Assembly: GCA_032718475.1 (NCBI GenBank)
Contig: JAUCBJ010004850.1
Span: 1-54,092, forward strand
Origin: Nemertoderma westbladi
Lineage: Eukaryota; Animalia; Xenacoelomorpha
DNA: 54,092 nt
Reading direction: 5' to 3'
Below are positions 14,201 through 26,300 of this stretch, one piece after another. The notes under the pieces are model-generated. The model was not told the origin of the DNA, made no database searches, and saw only the letters and a list, made by a program, of their open reading frames with translations. The position numbers were made by a program, and so were the translations under genes. The stretch's first letter is position 1, and each line of letters starts with the position of its first letter.

Positions 14201-16192
14201 GTCTTTATTAGATATGCTGCTGTAGCTTACTGTCTTTATAAGATATGCTGCTGTAGCTTTCTGTCTTTATAAGATATGCTGCTGTAGCTTTCTGTCTTTA
14301 TAAGATATGCTGATGTGGCTTTCTGTCTTTATAAGATATGCTGCTGAAGCTTTCTGTCTTTATAAGATATGCTGCTGTAGCTTTCTGTCTTTATAAGATA
14401 TGCTGCTGTAGCTTTCTGTCTTTATAAGATATGCTGCTGTAGCTTTCTGTCTTTATAAGATATGCTCCTGTAGCTTTCTGTCTTTATAAGATATGCTGCT
14501 GTAGCTTTCTGTCTTTATAAGATATGCTGCTGTAGCTTTCCGTCTTTATAAGATATGCTGCTGTAGCTTTTTGTCTTTATAAGATATGCTGCTGTAGCTT
14601 TCTGTCTTTATAAGATATGCTGCTGTAGCTTTCTGTCTTTATAAGATATGCTGCTGTAGCTTTCTGTCTTTATAAGATATGCTGCTGTGACTTTCTGTCT
14701 TTATAAGATATGCGGCTGTAGCTTTCTGTCTTTATAAGATATGCTGCTGTAGCTTTCTGTCTTTATAAGATATGCTGCTGTAGCTTTCTGTCTTTATAAG
14801 ATATGCTGCTGTAGCTTTCTGTCTTTATAAGATATGCTGCTGTAGCTTTCTGTCTTTATAAGATATGCTGCTGTAGCTTTCTGTCTTTATAAGATATGCT
14901 GCTGTAGCTTTCTGTCTTTATAAGATATGCTGCTGTAGCTTTCTGTCTTTATAAGATATGCTGCTGTGGCTTTCTGTCTTTATAAGATATGTTGCTGTAG
15001 CTTTCTGTCTTTATAAGATATGCTGCTGTAGCTTTCTGTCTTTATAAGATATGCTGCTGTAGCTTTCTGTCTTTATAAGATATGCTGCTGTAGCTTTCTG
15101 TCTTTATAAGATATGCTGCTGTAGCTTTCTGTCTTTATAAGATATGCTGCTGTAGCTTTCTGTCTTTATAAGATATGCTGCTGTGGCTTTCTGTCTTTAT
15201 AAGATATGTTGCTGTAGCTTTCTGTCTTTATAAGATATGCTGCTGTGGCTTTCTGTCTTTATAAGATATGTTGCTGTAGCTTTCTGTCTTTATAAGATAT
15301 GCTGCTGTAGCTTTCTGTCTTTATAAGATATGCTGCTGTAGCTTTCTGTCTTTATAAGATATGCTGCTGTAGCTTTCTGTCTTTATAAGATATGCTGCTG
15401 TAGCTTTCTGTCTTTATAAGATATGCTGCTGTAGCTTTAATTCTTTATAAGATATGCTGCTGTAGCTTTCTGTCTTTATAAGATATGCTGCTGTGGCTTT
15501 ATGTCTTTATAAGATATGCTGCTGTGGCTTTCTGTCTTTATAAGATATGCTGCTGTAGCTTTATGTCTTTATAAGATATGCTGCTGTAGCTTTCTGTCTT
15601 TATAGGATATGCTGCTGTAGCTTTAATTCTTTATAAGATATGCTGCTGTAGCTTTCTGTCTTTATAAGATATGCTGCTGTGGCTTTATGTCTTTATAAGA
15701 TATGCTGCTGTGGCTTTCTGTCTTTATAAGATATGCTGCTGTAGCTTTATGTCTTTATAAGATATGCTGCTGTAGCTTTCTGTCTTTATAAGATATGCTG
15801 CTGTAGCTTTAATTCTTTATAAGATATGCTGCTGTAGCTTTCTGTCTTTATAAGATATGCTGCTGTGGCTTTATGTCTTTATAAGATATGCTGCTGTGGC
15901 TTTCTGTCTTTATAAGATATGCTGCTGTAGCTTTATGTCTTTATAAGATATGCTGCTGTAGCTTTCTGTCTTTATAAGATATGCTGCTGTAGCTTTAATT
16001 CTTTATAAGATATGCTGCTGTAGCTTTCTGTCTTTATAAGATATGCTGCTGTGGCTTTATGTCTTTATAAGATATGCTGCTGTGGCTTTCTGTCTTTATA
16101 AGATATGCTGCTGTAGCTTTCTGTCTTTATAAGATATGCTGCTGTAGCTTTTTGTCTTTATAAGATATGCTGCTGTGGCTTTCTGTCTTTAT
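5217..16192. repeat. 31-bp tandem satellite (TATAAGATATGCTGCTGTAGCTTTCTGTCTT), about 354 copies, 11 kb
   Basis: Periodicity read directly; the same phase recurs every 1860 nt (60 x 31). Confidence 0.99.
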
Positions 16193-16519
16193 TCCTTCAG
16201 GAACTTTTATTCTTTTTAACTCACTTTACACCCCCCCCCCCCCCCCCCCCACCCCCACATGTTATTTTCGTAATTCATAGTATTTAATATTAGTTTAGAA
16301 TTTGTGTGCTTTCATTGAGGCGAAACTTTGTTAATCAAATTACTTGGTTTTCATGTAATCGAATGATTTCAACATATAAATTATTCCGTCTTAGTTATAA
16401 TATTCCGTTATAGTTATGGAGACTTACTGTATCAATAATTACTATTATACGATAAACTTAATATAATATTAATTAATTCAATTGATAATTGATTTAACGT
16501 GAATTCTCCTTTTTTTTAG

Positions 16520-16621
16520 GTTTACGAAACAAAATTTGAGATTTGCAACAAATTTGTAAAGAAGACCCCACAGACCCCACATAGAAGACTCCCAATGCCA
16601 CAGTTGATATGGAATCACTGA
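16520..16621 (+). CDS. Candidate terminal exon of the Islet paralogue (VYETKFEICNKFVKKTPQTPHRRLPMPQLIWNH*)
   Basis: Strong acceptor ttctccttttttttag|, 33 open codons in phase 0, and AATAAA at 16708-16713. Competing acceptors end at 4865 and 16200. Confidence 0.45.
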   Translation, partial: VYETKFEICNKFVKKTPQTPHRRLPMPQLIWNH

Positions 16622-19246
16622 ACCTTCAGAAACCATCTGTTTAACTTTGTGATTTACGCAGTGATATGTGCTGCTTTGCTTAATTCGTAAAAAAACTCTA
16701 AACTTATAATAAATCCAAAACTTATGTTGGACTTTCTCAACTATTTGCCAGTTATATCATCGTGTGTTGCTTTTACAACTTTATTTATTTATTAAATATT
16801 GTATAGAAATGGATTCACTTATCATTTGGTTTTGCCTATCATCTACCTCTTTACTGTGATTAATATTCAGCATGATGGGCCCAAATTGGTTTATATACGT
16901 AGATATCGTGTCTCCATGATAATATTGAAGTAGAATGAGATACTATTATTATAAATATCCTATAAATTTGTATGTTTCTGAGACATGGGGGGCTTTGTTT
17001 TGGTTATTCTAACTCTATCTAACCAAAACAATACACCAAAGTGAATTGAAAAGGTTCCAGTTTAAATTACCGAACAAAGCCAACGTTTACAGCATTTATT
17101 GGTGGTACTGTGCTACTGGTACCGGTACAGGTGAACTCAAATCAGCTTGTGTTGGAGATTTAATTAAAATATTTTAACCTCCAAACCAAACAAGTAGGTA
17201 GCTAACCTCCCTTCCTCCCACTACTATTGCAGTTCGCCTACCTATATACCGCGCAGTGCATGTGCATATCTCTGCACAGTCTGACGTGTGGTAATCTGGG
17301 CTTACATACGGGCCTATTGAAACACGGTTAGATGTAAAGGCGTCCTAATTAGCGGCACGGCTAGTACTAGTAGCCTCAATGAGCCTCTCTAGCAACACAA
17401 CTGCTTTAATTAACTCACAAACTTGGCATTATTCCTGCTATTTTCTCGGCGTGCAATATTTATCGACATACTATTTCCTCCCCCAACCTGGCGTTACCCC
17501 CCTGTATTTATTCGGCCATCCCCGAGGGAAATCATCCGTTTTTGACTACCAAATCGGAGGATTATCTCTTATCCTTTAAATCAAATGTAACACGAATTAT
17601 TAGTCGGGGCTGAAATATGACATTCCGCTTTGGAGGAAAAAACGGTAATTTATAGAATTTACGATTCTTTAAACATATTTTACTGTAAAATATTGTCATT
17701 TTTTTGTTGTCAAGGAAATGTTAGAGAAATCTGAATATCTGAACCTCACTTTTTCTCTCGTAATCGAGGCAAGATCAGGGACAGTCGATCTATTTTGCTA
17801 CGGTAGAAGTGATCGAAAAGACTCGCATGGTCGCAGGGTGCTGCTGAGTTTTGACAATAAGATGTTACAACCGAGGTTATTGTACATCGCCTCATTTGTT
17901 TTGTGAGCATTTAATATCTTTTGAGGGGCAGATCCGAGAATTGAATTTCTATGGATTCTACAGATAATTTCATATTTAGTTGCTCTTAGTAAGTTAACTG
18001 GTAATGTACTTGGTGTCTGGTGTAGCCCTACCCAGGTTGATACTTTAAGTCGAATCGAACGACGCAATAATTATTCATTGTCTCGTGCCGGATGTAACAA
18101 GCAAAACTGCAGTGGATGAAGCCACATCCTTTATTCCAAATTGAATCATTGAGTTTTACGCTAAGATATTCCGTTATATATAAACTCTGCGAGCCACCCA
18201 CATAATGTCCAATGTAGTTGAAATTACATGCGCGATCGCACATCCAAAACAAGTATTTTCGCTATGGTTTGTCCACCTAGAAGGAAACGCTAGGTTTTAT
18301 ACCAAGTGTCAATCCTTGAACTCACGATTAATTATGATGTAGGGCTGGAATCGACAAAGCGCTTAATCATGTATGATGTTACTCCCAACATACCAAACCA
18401 TAGCAAACACACCACGAAACAATTAACACGACAGCTACTAATCCCATAGGACTAATTAATTTATCTATAGGTTCGATAGGAGCGACTTATTAACGCTATA
18501 AGCCACGCGGAAACTCTCCGAGAGGACGAACAATTGCACTACAAATTAGACCAACTGGCATCAACCAGGGTGATTGAATAATCTAGATAAGGTTCACTCA
18601 AGCATGCTCTACATATCATTGTGTTCGTTAGGTCTCTATACTAAGGCCGCTGCTGTGTGTACGTACGGTACCGGTACCGTGGTACTGTACACCAATTCAG
18701 CAATAACAATACCTAACCTAATGAGATTGCTCGTTATGGCCCTCCTTAAGGGAGGGGAAGGTGGCTTTTGCCAGCATGTGGTAGCAGATAACTCTAGTTT
18801 GTCTACCTTTCTTTAGACTAGCAGCTCTTTGTTTGACTCCATTCACTGTAGAGATTGGGCTAATTATATTAGGCGTCATTTGTATACACTGCGGTACTGG
18901 TATGCCGTGGTTTGGTTAATGAGAGAACGCCTTACTGCAGTGTACCGTTGAGCTGAAGAGTTAGTTAGTTATTAATAAACTGTTTGGAATGGCTTTGGCT
19001 TGAGATTTCATATCAGAATTGAACCTCAACTCATTTCATATTACAGTTGCAGAGTAGTGAAGGGATTGATGATTTTGCTATTTTATTCGGGGCTTTTTTC
19101 TTAGTGTCTCGCCTTCCTTGCCGCCCTCACGTCGACACATTCACGATAAATCACAATCATCCTCAACAAAAATATCATTTTATGTCTGCGTTATGGGACA
19201 AGTTTCATAATCTTCTCAAAATTGTTGTCATCTATAAATTTGGATG

Positions 19247-20687
19247 ATTTTTTTTATCAAACATAATATTCGCCGATCACCACAACTGACTTTGTATTTG
19301 CGCTCTTGATAGTTATACATGAGTGCCAAAAGTTCCACTAGTGCCATACCATACAATCATTCAAGCATCACTTCCCTCTCTTGAGAATCACAGGGTGTAC
19401 AAACTATAGAACTTCAGGGGTCTGGTTCATTTATTCCTTTTCCAATCTGCAGCTGCACACGAGCAAGGTAAGGGATATTGGACAAGGTCGACAAATCCTT
19501 TACAAACTATTTTCTGTGTGTTTAGCTAACCACTGGGGGTCCCGAGTCAACAATATCTCCCCATACTAACGTACTTTCCTACCAAACTGTTAGTTTATAG
19601 AGACAGGTAGGCCTATTTGATTGTAACCTTGTCCTACTGCACCAGTACCATGGGTTACCCCTGCATCCACACAAAGCATTCATTCTTATCTTGGAATGGT
19701 ATCAAATATCTTGCTACCCCCTGGCTTGCAGATGGTATTTCTATTGGACATATGAAAAGCCCACCCGTGACCATGGTATGTGTGAGGAACAATAATGTGG
19801 CTACAAATATATTAACATTATTTTTAACTTAATATCAAGCCAAATAATTAATACACTTATTAGCTCATAAATAAATATTGTATTTAAAGTTTTGTTATTA
19901 ATTATAACGTCCTTCCTAATTAGTTAGTTATCATATACTAGTTGGGTGGAGTGAATATATTCATGTATAAGATTAAAACATTGAATCTCAAATCAATTCC
20001 TCCATAGATTCAACCCCATTAATTATTAATCAATGCTATAAAGGTTGGCTTTTGGTTCCAGATAAAGTTAAATAAATCGAATTAAAGAGAAAGACGATTA
20101 AATTCGTTCGTTTACCCCGCGGTCCGGTTAAGGTAACTTAAGGATGAGTGCATTATTTAATCCTTGTCTCTGTCCCCACCAGCTGGGAGGTGTCCCTTCG
20201 CATGTCTTAACGGATAGACGCATCTCAACCCACCCCAAGGCCAACTCTGCAATAAAGATCGCCACCCCCCCTAGCTGATCCACACGTCTTATGAATAAGC
20301 CATTATGGCACATCAAAAAGCTTTTAGAGAGAAATAACCCATCTAACTAATTACAGGAGCGACCTATGGAGATAAACTACTTTGTTATAAAGTCGACTTA
20401 GTTCACTCAACATCCATCGGAAACTCTTTTTCTCTCCAAGTCGACTGGTTTGTGTCACTATGTGTAGGAACCGTGGTTGTTGATCCCGAGCTATTTAAAT
20501 ACCGCAAAGTGAATGAGAAGAGAAAGAAATTGTCATGGAGACTGGTGGGGGCGACTCTTAAACGTTCCAGTTTGAGTGAAGGTGAGTTTAAATGGGTTGG
20601 GACTGGAGGGCCACGTGTTTGTGAGGCAATAATGTATTCGGGATTTCGTCAAAATATAATTATCGTAAGAATAATAGGCTGCGATCG
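19247..20687 (+). repeat. Left copy of a ~1.44-kb inverted repeat (blocks 19247-19787 and 20005-20687)
   Basis: Near-identical reverse complement of 52835-53378 and 51937-52619. The ORF track shows matching mirror ORFs (20128-20316 with 52308-52496; 20452- with -52172). Confidence 0.95.
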
Positions 20688-21826
20688 CAATTGTGGTTCC
20701 GCTGTTTTATGTTTGGATGGTTTTAGTGATAATTACTTAAAAACATCTTACACAACAAAACCTAAAGCGATGCCACAAAATAATATGAATATTTAATCAT
20801 CTTGAATGATTTTTGATTATCATGCGAAATGATAATGTTGACGTGACTTTCAATGACAAATTTTCCCATAAAGATAAATCGATTTCTCATCAATAATATT
20901 TAGGGTAAATAAATACTTAGGAAAAAAATTCTAAATGATTTTATCTCAAAGATACTTTATTTTAACGGATATAATAATAAACTAGAACTTAACAACTAAA
21001 ACTAAAACTTTATGTAATTCTATATAATCACACCTAGGTATAACGTAATATAATGTACTGCAATTATAAAAAAAAACCCTCATAAAAATATTGCTACTGT
21101 ATAAAATAGTACACAACGCACCAATATCGATAACTTGACTTCACAATACCAAATAATTACAGAAATATTAAAGTAAACAAATAAGGTACTAGAACAGTGA
21201 AATTTCGATAATACCAAAAAACGACACAAAATCAGAATTATTAGTCATAATTTCGCCAAGTTAGTCAGGCGGTCGGACAGTGTGACAGTCCGTTCGATGT
21301 TACTTTCGGACTTTTAGGTCCTGAAGTGAATGCACTGGATATCATTAAAATGACGTGTATAATTTATTAAATAGTCTTCTAGTAATTTGATATAAATATA
21401 CAAAATGAATTTTATCAAGAACTCGAACAAATATAGTCGATACAATTAAACGAATAACTTTGTTAAACAATAATAAAACCGTAGCAGAGTGAACCAATGA
21501 AACTCAATATAAACCGACTGGGTTCAACGAACTAAATAGATGGTATAATAATATCGAGTTTAGGTTAGAATTTCCGAGAATTTCGTTACAATATCTCCGC
21601 TAGATCGAACTGTATTACGGTAAGTTAGGCTTATGTATTCGATGCGTTTCATATTTAAATTCTTCTTATTCAACACCGACATTATTAGTGACCGTAAAGC
21701 AATAAGGGACTAGCTATACTGTCTCCGTTAGAGGAAATGTCAGAAAGTGGAGAGGACGACAATTGCGTGTCATAAACCTAAAAATAATAATAAATAATAT
21801 AATTATATAATATATACCCAGGATAT

Positions 21827-23149
21827 TGCGTGACATTACAGTCCCTTACAAGTCGCGTGACATTACAGCCCCTTACAAGTCGAGTGACATTACAGCCCCT
21901 TACAAGTCGCGTGACATTACAACTCCTTACAAGTCGCGTGACATTACAGCCCCTTACAAGTCGCGTGACATTACAGCCCCTTACAAGTCGCGTGACATTA
22001 CAGCCCCTTACAAGTCGCGTGACATTACAACCCCTTACAAGTCGAGTGACATTACAGCCCCTTACAAGTCGCGTGACATTACAGCCCCTTATAAGTCGCG
22101 TAACATTACAGCCCCTTACAAGTCGAGTGACATTACAGCCCCTTACAAGTCGCGTGACATTACAGCCCCTTACAAGTCGCGTGACATTACAACCCCTTAC
22201 AAGTCGAGTGACATTACAGCCCCTTACAAGTCGCGTGACATTACAGCCCCTTACAAGTCGCGTGACATTACAGCCCCTTACAAGTCGCGTGACATTACAG
22301 CCCCTTACAAGTCGCGTGACATTACAGCCCCTTACAAGTCGCGTGACATTACAGCCCCTTATAAGTCGCGTGACATTACAGCCCCTTACAAGTCGCGTGA
22401 CATTACAGCCCCTTACAAGTCGCGTGACATTACAGCCCCTTACAAGTCGCGTGACATTACAGCCCCTTACAAGTCGCGTGACATTACAGCCCCTTACAAG
22501 TCGCGTGACATTACAGCCCCTTACAAGTCGCGTGACATTACAGCCCCTTACAAGTCGCGTGACATTACAGCCCCTTACAAGTCGCGTGACATTACAGCCC
22601 CTTACAAGTCGCGTGACATTACAGCCCCTTACAAGTCGCGTGACATTACAGCCCCTTACAAGTCGCGTGACATTACAGCCCCTTACAAGTCGCGTGACAT
22701 TACAGCCCCTTATAAGTCGCGTGACATTACAGCCCCTTACAAGTCGCGTAACATTACAGCCCCTCACAAGTCGAGTGACATTACAGCCCCTTACAAGTAT
22801 CGTGACATTACAGCCCCTTACAAGTCGCGTGACATTACAACCCCTTACAAGTCGCGTGACATTACAGCCCCTTACAAGTCGCGTGACATTACAGCCCCTT
22901 ACAAGTCGCGTGACATTACAGCCCCTTACAAGTCGCGTGACATTACAGCCCCTTACAAGTCGCGTGACATTACAGCCCCTTATAAGTCGCGTGACATTAC
23001 AGCCCCTTACAAGTCGCGTAACATTACAGCCCCTCACAAGTCGAGTGACATTACAGCCCCTTACAAGTATCGTGACATTACAGCCCCTTACAAGTCGCGT
23101 GACATTACAACCCCTTACAAGTCGCGTGACATTACAGCCCCTTACAAGT
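21827..23149. repeat. 27-bp tandem minisatellite (CGTGACATTACAGCCCCTTACAAGTCG), about 49 copies
   Basis: Periodicity read directly; it explains the 9-aa-repeat ORFs. Confidence 0.98.
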
Positions 23150-23263
23150 CTCTGCGCAACATTTTGAGTTTCGCATTTATTATTTATCAATTTAGTTGGT
23201 CAATATATAATTATAAATGTTTAGTAGCTAGTTGCTGATTAAAGTCAACCGCGAGTGTGGTTA

Positions 23264-23383
23264 TTACAAGAGCGTAGCGAGTGGAAACTCGTACGAAGTG
23301 GCAGAGTTTTTGAGATAGGATGGGAAGGAAAGTTTATTAGTAACGAGATCGGTGTCAGCCATATGTTGCCACAAAACTGTTAC
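23264..23383 (-). CDS. Isl: Probable Islet terminal exon ([39 protein letters not shown])
   Basis: Acceptor tattacaatag| is followed by 39 open codons in phase 0 and lies exactly at the end of the 46-bp array. There is no homology support, and alternative acceptors exist 7 nt further on and near 25755. Confidence 0.45.
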   Translation of the reverse strand, partial: VTVLWQHMADTDLVTNKLSFPSYLKNSATSYEFPLATLL

Positions 23384-26300
23384 CTATTGTAATAATAGTT
23401 CTAGAACATTTGTGTTCAGTAACATGCGTTTACCTATTGTAATAGTAGTTCTAGAACATTTGTGTTCAGTAACTGCTACCTATTGTAATAATAGTTCTAG
23501 AACATTTGTGTTCAGTAACTGCTACCTATTGTAATAGTAGTTCTAGAACATTTGTGTTCAGTAACTGCTACCTATTGTAATAGTAGTTCTAGAACATTTG
23601 TGTTCAGTAACTGCTACCTATTGTAATAGTAGTTCAGGAACATTTCTGTTCAGTAACTGCTACCTATTGTAATAATAGTTCTAGAACATTTGTGTTCAGT
23701 AACTGCTACCTATTGTAATAATAGTTCTAGAACATTTGTGTTCAGTAACTGCTACCTATTGTAATAATAGTTATAGAACATTTGTGTTCAGTAACTGCTA
23801 CCTATTGTAATAGTAGTTCAGGAACATTTGTGTTCAGTAACTGCTACCTTTTGTAATAGTAGTTCTAGAACATTTGTATTCAGTAACTGCTACCTATTGT
23901 AATAGTAGTTCTAGAACATTTGTGTTCAGTAACTGCTACCTATTGTAATAATAGTTCTAGAACATTTGTGTTCAGTAACTGCTACCTATTGTAATAATAG
24001 TTCTAGAACATTTGTGTTCAGTAACTGCTACCTATTGTAATAGTAGTTCTAGAACATTTGTGTTCAGTAACTGCTACCTATTGTAACAGTAGTTCAGGAA
24101 CATTTGTGTTCAGTAACTGCTACCTATTGTAATAATAGTAGTTCTAGAACATTTGTGTTCAGTAACTGCTACCTATTGTAATAGAAGTAGTTCTAGAACA
24201 TTTGTGTTCAGTAACTGCTACCTTTTGTAATAGTAGTTCTAGAACATTTGTGTTCAGTAACTGCTACCTATTGTAATAATAGTTCTAGAACATTTGTGTT
24301 CAGTAACTGCTACCTATTGTAATAGTAGTTCAGGAACATTTGTGTTCAGTAACTGCTACCTATTGTAATAGTAGTTCTAGAACATTTGTGTTCAGTAACT
24401 GCTACCTATTGTAATAATAGTTCTAGAACATTTGTGTTCAGTAACTGCTACCTATTGTAATAATAGTTCTAGAACATTTGTGTTCAGTAACTGCTACCTA
24501 TTGTAATAATAGTTCTAGAACATTTGTGTTCAGTAACTGCTACCTATTGTAATAATAGTTCTAGAACATTTGTGTTCAGTAACTGCTACCTATTGTAATA
24601 ATAGTTCTAGAACATTTGTGTTCAGTAACTGCTACCTATTGTAATAATAGTTCTAGAACATTTGTGTTCAGTAACTGCTACCTATTGTAATAATAGTTCT
24701 AGAACATTTGTGTTCAGTAACTGCTACCTATTGTAATAATAGTTCTAGAACATTTGTGTTCAGTAACTGCTACCTATTGTAATAGTAGTTCTAGAACATT
24801 TGTGTTCAGTAACTGCTACCTATTGTAACAGTAGTTCAGGAACATTTGTGTTCAGTAACTGCTACCTATTGTAATAATAGTTCTAGAACATTTGTGTTCA
24901 GTAACTGCTACCTATTGTAATAGTAGTTCTAGAACATTTGTGTTCAGTAACTGCTACCTATTGTAATAGTAGTTCAGGAACATTTGTGTTCAGTAACTGC
25001 TACCTTTTGTAATAGTAGTTCTAGAACATTTGTGTTCAGTAACTGCTACCTATTGTAATAATAGTTCTAGAACATTTGTGTTCAGTAACTGCTACCTATT
25101 GTAATAATAGTTCTAGAACATTTGTGTTCAGTAACTGCTACCTATTGTAATAGTAGTTCTAGAACATTTGTGTTCAGTAACTGCTACCTTTTGTAATAGT
25201 AGTTCTAGAACATTTGTGTTCAGTAACTGCTACCTATTGTAATAGTAGTTATAGAACATTTGTGTTCAGTAACATGCGTTTACCTATTGTAATAGTAGTT
25301 CTAGAACATTTGTGTTCAGTAACTGCTACCTATTGTAATAGTAGTTCTAGAACATTTGTGTTCAGTAACATGCGTTATTTCTATGTTAGTGACGCGGCAT
25401 AATTTTGACACGGCATAATTACTCTAGTAAAGTCAGAGAGTGATAAAAACAGTTACATTTAATCACGCTCGAACATATAAATAAGGCTTTACAAGAAGTT
25501 GTTAACAATATAATATACTATGGATACAGGAGCAATCTCAATCTGGCTGGACTATACAATACAATGAATTATGTACAATGCGTTGAATAGCAAACCATTT
25601 ACAGCTGTTTCTGCCAATAAGCCAACCTAAGTAAACCTTTCTTAAAAAAACAGATGGATTGAAATTTCCCTTTTCTACTGGTATTAACTCTACACTTGTT
25701 GCCTCTGGCGATCTACCATCAGTATTACTTTTGTACAATAGAAACCATCCAAATCTGTTACATATAATATAAAGTCGCCATTAAAAGTTGTCATTAACTC
25801 AATTAAAATGTTGCAACAGGTTGGCTGTACAATATGTGCTTTTATTGTGCAGTATATACAATGTGTTTGGTGTCTACAACTAAGTATATAGTATGGTATC
25901 TTATTTATACCCGCAGCCCAAGTTATTGGCAGGTACATCGACAATCCAAAATAAACATGAGAAACAGCTGAGTTATAGGCAATCAAAATATTGCAAGAAT
26001 ATATCGTTAGCTGAAGGCCATTTATTCTATTTAATAAATACACGATGTTCTAGAACGTATTATTTATCACATGACACGGTGTGCTAGAATGGTATGCGCA
26101 TACAATAACTCTATTCATACATAAACAAAATGTTCCAGAACGTTGAGTATTTATTAAATAGAATAAAATGGCCTACAGCCTACTTTTGTGTTTCAAATTT
26201 AAATGATGAATGATGATGACTGGGCTGGGGGGGGGGGGGTATCAATACTAAATGACACTACATTACGGGCCATGGTTTCTATAATTTCTGAAGCTATAAT

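Noticed and set aside
20128-20796. Duplicated short ORFs within the inverted repeat as genes
   Set aside because: They have no recognisable domain, and their conservation simply reflects recent DNA duplication.
21778-23238. 445-470-aa ORFs with 9-aa repeats on both strands
   Set aside because: They are a by-product of a 27-bp unit and have no unique domain or credible start.
25538-25760. Alternative Islet last exon after the acceptor taacag| near 25755
   Set aside because: Phase 0 gives only IWMVSIVQK*, and the longer ORFs are in other frames. It is not excluded but is less favoured.
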